Assembly: GCF_009914755.1 (NCBI RefSeq)
Contig: NC_060944.1
Strand: one strand, 5' to 3'
Length of the DNA stretch: 64,000 nt
Source: the human T2T-CHM13v2.0 reference genome, Homo sapiens
Within the stretch, counting starts at the first letter, position 1, and each line of letters begins with the position of its first letter. Shown in pieces: positions 54,821 through 64,000 of the stretch. The notes under the pieces were generated by a model. It made no database searches, was not told the origin of the DNA, and was given only the letters and a program-made list of their open reading frames with translations. The position numbers and the translations under genes were made by a program.

Positions 54821-56009
54821 ACGGAGCTTCTGACTATGACCATCTCATGCCATGCCTCTTGGTGTTCCCAGTTGTCTTTACCTCTTGCTAGCAACGTTTG
54901 TCTCATTGAAATGCACAAGCTCTCCATTTAATTGAACAACAAAGTTCCTGAATCTTTGAAAAAAAAAAAAAAAGCAGGGTCAGAAATGTGAAGACTTTAG
55001 AGCAACAAATAGAAGTCAAAAACATGTGCATGCTGTTCTGCCAGAAAGATGGAGCCACACCAAACTTTCTGCAGAAGGCATACATGATAGATAATAGAGG
55101 TGACAGCTATTGGTGTATAAAAAAACTTGTAAAACTAAGATTATAAGTGTTATTATTTTTCCTTCCTCCCCTTTCTGTTACCATGACTTCTAATATTATT
55201 GGTACTTTTACTGCCATTTTTTGAACATCCAATAAATGTCAAGCACTACACAAGATGTGTGCCACAGAAAGAAAATGAATGAACAGTGCTTTATGGTTGC
55301 AGTGAGGGAATAAAATGTCTATATACTTTCAGAGTCTCAAAATCAAAACAAAACAAAAAACCAAAAAAACTGTTATTTAGTAAAGGGCCCCTGGGTTATC
55401 TGGAAAAGGCTTTTTTTGTGAATTGTACATCCAAAAAAGCAATAATGTATATGTGACTTTAAAAATGTATATTTATTTTAATATATTGAATGTGAAACAG
55501 GAAGTGTTTATGTCTAAATAGGTGGCAGTCATATCTGGATAATTATTTTATATGGAATTATTAAAATTGGCCAATTAATGAGTAGGTGAAGGGGACCCTT
55601 CACATTCAGTAAAAAGGTCCCTGGTTCTGGATAGAGAAGATTTAGTGTTTTTGTTAACTAGCTCGGCGTATTACTTCAGGTATGGCAATTAAAAAATAAG
55701 AATGTTGAAATAAGTGGACTCAGCCTGTGATTGTTTGCCTAAGGTAAACAAAATGTTGTTAGTATTGTTTTATGGAAAAGCCAGCAATGTCACTTCACAC
55801 TTAAATTGGGTACTTTAATGATGTCCTATTTTTAAAAATTCTGTAACAATGGGTCAGAATAATTGAGGAAAATCCAATGGGTCTTACTTTGGGAGAATCA
55901 TTTCTATTTATTGTATTTCTATATTTTATCACATAGTAATTTTTTAAAGAACTTGGAGTAGTTCCAACTCGTGTTAATTCATGCTGAGGCAAAAGTACAA
56001 AATGCAAAG

Positions 56010-57250
56010 AGACGGATGGCAAAAAAGCATGTGAAAATATGCTGATGCTCATTAGTAATCATGGAGGAAAAATTACAACTATAGTAAGGTATAGTTTCAT
56101 AACATCTTATTGGCAAAGATATTTAAATCTGATAATATCAAGTGTTAGGGAGATGTGGGAAACCACTTTTGGTGAAAGTGCAAATTGGTTCAACTCCTTT
56201 AGGGCAATATTTAGCAATATCAAGCATTTCAATTATCTTTTACATACAATAATACTGGGCAACAAACCACCCTAAAACTTAATGTCTTAAAATAAGAATT
56301 ATTTATTGCTACTGATAGGCTCACTCAAGTATCCATGGTCAGCTAGACACGTCTAACAAGTTTAGGTAAGTCATGCGATTGAGTTTTGGCTGGCTGAAAG
56401 CTGGTCTAGGATGGCCACTGATACACCTGGAGTCTCCTCCACCTGTTTCTTACATGTATCTGTTATATCCTTTTAGGCTAGATATATTTTTGGTAGTTTT
56501 AGATAAACAAACATGAGAAAGTTTAATTATGCAAAGGAGCAAGTAGAAATGCACAATCAGTTTTCGTGCCTGTACCTGGATGACATGGCTAAAGTAAGTC
56601 ACATGGCCAAACTCAGAATCAGAGTACAAGAGGGTTACATTGTTATAGGCATGGAGGAAGGGAGGCCATTAACTGGGGCCTATCTAATTCATTAAGTAGC
56701 ATGGAAGATTTACATATTCTATGACCCAGTGATCTCATTCATAAAATCTCTGAGTCAAGGAGAGATTTATGGGTTTGTTGATTGTGGTATTGTTTGTAAT
56801 TGAGAAAAAAATGTTTGAAAAGGTGCTAAATGTTTACCAAAAGAAGAGTTAAAAATTTGATAAAGTCATGTAACAGATGCCATTGTAGAGAGAAAATAAA
56901 TGAACTGGAACTACAGCTAACACAAGATATGAATCTTCAAACTGAAATCTTAAGTACAAGAAAGCAAGTTGAGAAAGGATATTTAGAAAATGATATTATT
57001 TATAACAATTTAAAATAAAGAAAACACACCTACATGCAAAAGAGATTCTTTGTTTATAGCAACATATGTAGTAAAAGAAACACCTACCAATTTATGTGGT
57101 TACCTATGGGATGGTAGGAAAAAGAGGAAGAGAAGAAGAGAGGAAAGGAGAATGGAGGAGGACTTGATTCAGTTGTATATGCATTACGTCTTTAAGAAGT
57201 TTTTAGTAAATTTATAGGTGCTGGAATACCTTCTCAATTTTGAAATAATT
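56010..57250 (+). mobile_element. L1ME fragments interrupted by an MLT1 LTR (~56240-56690, minus)
   Basis: 'tcattagtaatcatgg', 'gtgcaaattggttcaac', resumes 'ctatgacccagtgatctcattc'; insert has 'aacaaaccaccctaaaacttaatgtcttaaa'. Confidence 0.6.
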
Positions 57251-58553
57251 AATAATATTAGCAGTTTCTTTTATTTCAGCCCATGTGTGTTCTTAAATCT
57301 ACAGTAACTCTCTTTAAACAGCATATAATTGGATCTTGATTTTTATTCATTCAGCTACTCTATGTAGTTTGATTGAGGAGTCTAATTCATTTACATATTA
57401 TATAATTATTAATAGAATGGAAAAACATAGTTTATGCAAATGGTAACCAAAAGAGAATGGAGCTCGCTATTTTATATCAGACAAAATAGACTTTAAGTAA
57501 AGAAAAGTTACAAGAGACAAAGAAGGATATATAATAATAAACAGGTCAATTTAATAAAAAATAGCAATTATAAATATATATGCATCCAACATCAGAGCAC
57601 CTAAACATATAGCAAACATTTGCAGAACTGAAGGAAAAAATAGACAGCAATATAATAATAGTAGGAGACTTCAGCACCTTATGTTTAAAAATGGGAAGAG
57701 TGTTCAGATGGAAAATCAATAAGGAAACAGCAGACTTGAAAAATATTGTAGACCAAATGGATCCAGCAGACATATACAGAACATTCCACTCAATAGCAGC
57801 ATAATACATTCTTCCAAACACACTTACAACATTTCCCTGGATAGATTATCCAAACAAGTCCTAACAAATTTAAGAAAATCAAAACCGTGCCAAGTGTCTC
57901 TTCTGATCACAGTGGAATGAAACTAGAAATCAATGTCAGAAGGAAAGATGGAAAATTCACAAATATGCAGACATTTAACAACATATTCTTGCACAATCAA
58001 TGGGTCAAAGAAAATATCGAGAGAACTAGAAAATATTTTGGGACAAAAACGAAAACTCAACATATCAAAACTTACAGGATGCAGCAAAATCTTTACTAAG
58101 ATAATTTTTATAGTGATAAATGCCTACATTAAAATATGGGGGAGATCTCAAACAAGCAAACTTCATACTCCAAGGCACTAGAAAAAGAAGAACAAACTAA
58201 CCCCGAAGTTAGCAGAAGGAAACAAATAATAAAGATAAGAGCAGGTAAATGAAATAAAATGCAGAAAAACGCTAGAAAAAAAAGAATAGGGGTTTTGAAA
58301 AGATAAAATCGATACAACTTTAGCTAGATTAAAAACTAGAGACAATTTAAATAAATAAAGTCAGAAATAAGAGAGATAATACAAATGATGCCACAGAAAT
58401 GAAAAAGATCGGAAGAGACTACTATGAACAATTACACACTAATAAATTTTATAACCCAGAAAAAATTGATAAATTCCTAGAAATAGACAATCTACCAAGA
58501 CTGATTCATGAAAATGTAAAAAATTTGAACAGACCAATAACTAGTAAGATGAT

Positions 58554-59020
58554 TGCGATGGTTAATACTGAATGTCAGCTTGATAGGCTTGAAGGATGCA
58601 ATATTGATCTTGGGTATGTCTGTGAGGGTGTTGCCAAAGGAGATTAACATTTGAGTCAGTAAGGGGGGACGGCAGACCCACCCTTAATCAGGTGGGCACC
58701 ATCTAATCAGCCCCTGGTGAATATAAAGCAGGCAGAAAAACGTGAAGCAATGAGACAGGCCTAGCCTCCCAGCCTACATCTCTCTCCCCTGCTGGATACT
58801 TCCTGCCCTTGAAGACTCCAAGTTCTTCAGTTTTGGGACTCAGACTGGCTCTCCTTTCTCCTCAGATTGCAGACTATTGTGGGACCTTGTGATCATGTAA
58901 GTTAATACTTAATAACCTCATATGTATATATATGGTCATACATATATGTATATATAAATCCATACATATATATATATCTCCTATTAGTTCTGTCCCTCTA
59001 AGAGAACCCTGACTAATACA
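58554..59020 (+). mobile_element. MLT2A (HERV-L) solo LTR nested in L1
   Basis: tgcgatggttaatactgaatgtcagcttgatagg...internal (TA)n...gagaaccctgactaataca; TSD atgat/attat. Confidence 0.9.
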
Positions 59021-59284
59021 ATTATTGACAAGTAATCAAAAACCTCCCAACAGAGATCCTAGGACTAGACAACTTCACTGGTAAATTCTACCAGATATTT
59101 AAAGAATTAACACCAATCCTTCTTAATCTTTACCAAAAAAATGAAGAGGAGGGAAACACTTATAAAATCATTTTATGAGGCCAACATTATCCCAATACCA
59201 AAGCCAGACAAAGATGCTAAAAGAAATCTATAAATTGATATCCTTGATAACCATATATAAAAATGCTCTCAATGAAATATTAGT

Positions 59285-59478
<194 letters not shown>

Positions 59479-61632
59479 TTAAAATATCAGATAATAAGAT
59501 AAAATGAGATTTAACTCTGGGGTGCAAGGACAATGTATTATATAAAAATCAATTAATGTGGTACATCAAATAAATTGGAGGATAACAACCACATGATCAT
59601 CTCAATAGAGGCCCAAAAAGCATTTGAGAAAATTTAACACCTTTTCATGATAAAAACTCTTAACAAACTAGAAGCAAAAGAAAAGTTCATCAACATAACA
59701 AATACCATTTATGAAAAGCCCTAACATCTTACTCAACTGTGAAAAACGGAAAGTGTGTTATCTGAGATCAAGAACAAGGCAAGTATGCTACTCTTATCAC
59801 TTGTATTCAACATAGTCCTAGATATAGGAAGTCCTAGATAGAGCAGTTAGGCAAGAGAAAGAAATTAAAAAGCATCCACGTTGGAAAGAATGAAATCAAA
59901 TTCTCTTTGCTTGCAGATGACTTGATCTAATACATGGAAAACTCAAAAGGCACCACGAGCATCCTCCCCCAAATTGTAAAAACTAATAAACAAGTTCAAC
60001 GTAGTTGCAGAACGCAAAATCTACAAGCAAAAAATCAGTTGCATTTCTTACACCACCTAGTAACTATCTAAAAAAGAAATTAAGAAAACAATCTCACAAT
60101 AGCAACAAAATAATAAAATAATTATGAATGAAAACTAAGGAGACAGAAGACTTATTACACACTGAAAACTATAAAATGTTGATGATAGAAATTAAAGAAG
60201 ATACCAATATATGGAAAGACATCCTGTGTTTATACAGAAAGATTTAATGTTATTAAAATGTCTATACTATCCAAAGCAATCTACAAGTACAGTAAGATCC
60301 TTATCAAAATTTCAGTGGTGTTTTTTAAACATAAGTAGAAATAATAATTCTAAAATTCATTTCAAACAACAAAGGATCCCAATAGCCAAAACAGTTGAGA
60401 AAGAAGAACAAAGTTGGCAACATCGTACTTCCTCAATTCAAAATACATTACAAAGCTATGGTAATTAAAACAATATGGTAGTGGCATAAATACATATTTA
60501 GATCAATGGAACAGAAAAGAGAGCTCAGAAATAAAACCACACATGTGTGGTTAACTGATCTTCAGTAAGGATGACAAGAATATGGAATGGGGAGAGGACA
60601 GTTTCTTAAACAAATGGTGTAGGAAAACTACATATCCACATGCAAAATAATAAAATTGAACCCTTATCTCACACTAGACACAACCATCAATTCAAGATGG
60701 ATTAAAGACAAACATAAGAAGAAAACTTAGGGCAAAAGCTTTATGACATTGGTCTTGGCAATTATTTCTTGAATATGACACCAAAAGCACTGGCAACAAA
60801 TGCAGAATAAACTAGTGGAACTACAGTAAACTAAAAAGCTTCTGCAGAGCAAAGAAAACAATTAAAAGAGTGAAAAAGCAATCTAATGAGTGGGAGAAAA
60901 TATTTGCAAACCATATATTTGATAAGGGGGTAAATATTCAAAATATATAAGGAACTCTTTGAACCAAATAGCAAAAAAAAAAAAAAAAAAAATGGGCAAA
61001 GAACTTGAATAGACATTTCTACAATGGCTAACAGGTATATGAAAAGATGCTCAACATCATTAATCATCAGAGAAATGTAAATCAAAATCATAATGAGATA
61101 TTATCTCATACTTGATAGGATGGCTATGATTAAAAAACACAAAAGTTAAAAGTTGGTGAGTATGTAGAGAAATTGGAACCTTGTACAGTGTTGGTGAAAA
61201 TGTGAAATGATGCAATCCTTATAGAAAACAGTATGGAGGTTTCTCAAAATTAAAAAATAAAAATACCATATGATCCAGCAATTTCACTTCTGGGTATTTC
61301 TAAGATATAAATGAGGATCTCAAAAGACATCTACGCTCTTATGTTCATTAAAGCATTATTTGCAATAGCCAAGATGTGGAAACATCCTAAATGTCCATTG
61401 ATAAATGAATGCATAGAAAAATGTGGTAAATGCATACAACAGAATATTATTCAGCCTTGAAAAATGAAGGAAATTCTGCTGTTTGCAGCAACGTGGATAA
61501 ACCTTGATAACATTATGCTGAGTGTAATAAGCCAATACAGAAACAAAAGTACTGTATAATTTCATTATATTATGTATGTATCTAAAACAGTCAAAAACCT
61601 AGAAGCAGAGAGTTGAATGGTGGTTGCCCAGT

Positions 61633-61987
61633 CGTATTAGTCCATTCTCATGCTGCTATGATGAAATACCTGAGACTGGGTAACTTACAAAGAAAAGAGG
61701 TTTAATTGACTCAGTTTCACATGGCTGGGTGGCCTCAGGAAACTTACAACCATGGCAAAAGGCACCTTTTCACAGGACAGCAGCACGGAGTGAGTGCAAT
61801 CAGGGGAAAGGCCAGACGCTTATAAAACCATCAGATCTCATGAAACTCACTCATTATCATTGGAACAGAATGGGGAAACTGCCCCCATGATCCAATTACC
61901 TACACATGGTACCCCCGCCCCCGATACATGGGGATTATTATAATTCGAGGTACAGTTTGGATGGGGACACAGAACCAAACTATATCA
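61633..61987 (-). mobile_element. THE1 (THE1C/D-like) MaLR solo LTR nested in L1 3' UTR
   Basis: gtattagtccattctcatgctgctat...aaaaccatcagatctc...ccaaactatatca; TSD ccagt/ccaga. Confidence 0.9.
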
Positions 61988-62645
61988 CCAGAGCTGTGGC
62001 AAGGCAGAAATGGGAACTTGCTATTCAACACTATAGTTTCAGTTGTGAAAGATGATTAAGTTCTACAGATCTGCTGTACCACAGAATGCCTATAGTTAAC
62101 AATACTGTATTGAACACAAAAATTTTTTGGGAGTAGATCTCATGTTAAGTGTTCTTACTGCAATTAAAAAATAATATTAACATTTTTCAGGGGATCATTC
62201 TGCAAGCATAAAACATTTAGAGAATTTTACCTTGGAAGAAATGGAGAAAGAACTCTTTCAACCATCTAAGAAGTGTGCACGTGTGAGTTACTAAATCTAC
62301 CAATGCAAATAAACTGACATTTTCTTGGAATGACATCAGAGAAGGGCTAGTAATGTATGTATACTAGTAAACTGGACCAAAGAAGTTGCTATTCAGCTTT
62401 TAAGCAAATTCTCAAAACAGACCAGTTTCTATTGAACCAAAACAGCCCACTTATAGATAAATTGAGTTAAAAAAAAAAATCCCTGTGGCAAGCATTATCA
62501 CCCACCATAACAATGGAAATAAATGCTTTGTATATGCAATTAGGTGCAGATCCTTAATCTTACTTTGGTGGCTCCACTTCATGGAGCAGTTCAAAATTGG
62601 ACTAGGGATAGAGGAATGAAACAGCACCCTGAGAGCCCAACTGAC

Positions 62646-62833
62646 CAGTGTTACTCCAAGGCTGGTCCATGACGCAGGAGCACTGGCATCACCCGGGAGC
62701 TTAGGAGAAATGCAATACTCGGGACCTGCCTCAGGCACTCTGAGTCAAGATGCCTGAGGGTGGAGCCCAGCAATCTGTAGCTTGAGCAGCTTCCCAGGTG
62801 GTTCTCCTACACAGCCAACTTTGAAAACCACTG
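62646..62833. mobile_element. MER5A
   Basis: cagtgttactccaag...gggtggagcccagcaatctg...tttgaaaaccactg. Confidence 0.8.
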
Positions 62834-62835
62834 CT

Positions 62836-63206
<371 letters not shown>

Positions 63207-63905
63207 TTAAGCAATGAACACACCCACAGAATAGCAGTGACATGTGAGTATTCTACTGTTACTGAGAAATACTCACAGGAGGTTTCTAAGGGACTGTGAT
63301 GAGAAATGGGACATCAAGACAGGGATTTCAGTCCTTATTGCACTGAAATATATTTATTACACTAGTCATCTGAGGATAATACCAAGCAAAGTTGGGGACT
63401 GAAGAACTAAGAATGAAACTGGAAGATATATATATTTGCACTTATTTCCCATACTTTGAATGTTTTCATACCTTGAATATTGCTTTTTCATGTAAAAATA
63501 TATAGCTTTTTGTCATGTAATATATACATCACTGTCTATTTCACAGAGATTTCTCACAGAAAGAAAAGAGACTGCTCAGCTTCAAATCACGGTTTTATTT
63601 GCCTTAATAAAATGCCTGTGGAATTTAATAGAATACGGTACATAAAAACTAATTTAACTTTTATTCTAGTGGCCACATCTATAAAAGTACAATTTTCAAT
63701 GAAGGTAGAAATTCTGTAAAATTTAATCACCAACTATTCCCAAAATAGCTGACTATGAAATATATTATAATTTTCATTTATGTGTCCATTTGTATCTTAT
63801 TTTACTTGCCATCTATGAATTCTAAAGAACATTAATGTCTTCAGAAGAGTATATTCTTTGTTAAAACACCTTTATGTTCTCTTATATTACTATTGACATT
63901 CATAT

Positions 63906-64000
63906 GGAAGGAAACCAAAATAATTCACCCCACAATATATTTCTTTGACGTATTTTGAGATGGCTATTTAGAGAGCTTGCAGACCGGGATAGCCCTGCAA
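63906..64000 (+). mobile_element. MER34-like ERV1 LTR 5' end (cut by window edge)
   Basis: 'gaaggaaaccaaaataattcacccc...ctttgacgtattttgagatggcta...agccctgcaa'. Confidence 0.65.

Overview
Primate genomic DNA, almost certainly human, since an Alu at 24.7-25.0 kb carries all five AluYa5 diagnostic bases. The window is non-coding and densely packed with interspersed repeats: about 11 Alus, more than 20 solo LTRs (MaLR MLT1/THE1, ERVL MLT2/LTR16/LTR33, MER52, LTR47-like, MER34-like), L1/L2/MIR fragments and DNA-transposon fossils (Tigger3b, MER5A/B, MADE2, hAT MITEs). I find no credible protein-coding gene, rRNA, tRNA, CpG island or CRISPR. The listed ORFs are Alu/LTR/L1-derived or chance ORFs. 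I cannot support a new biological system here. The most notable observations are: (1) a ~570-bp candidate decayed retrocopy at ~10.96-11.53 kb (minus strand, A-rich tail) with a faint histone-fold-like motif; (2) an old ~4.9-kb L1 with twin-priming 5' inversion geometry and recognisable TSDs; (3) a ~40-bp unique sequence from 21.6 kb reappearing inside a MER5 element 2.45 kb away; (4) a young, possibly dimorphic AluYa5; (5) several multi-level nested insertion stacks; (6) repeat-free, homeodomain-motif-rich blocks that may be conserved enhancers. Repeat subfamily names come from recalled consensus sequences, not from a RepeatMasker run. Boundaries without TSDs are approximate.
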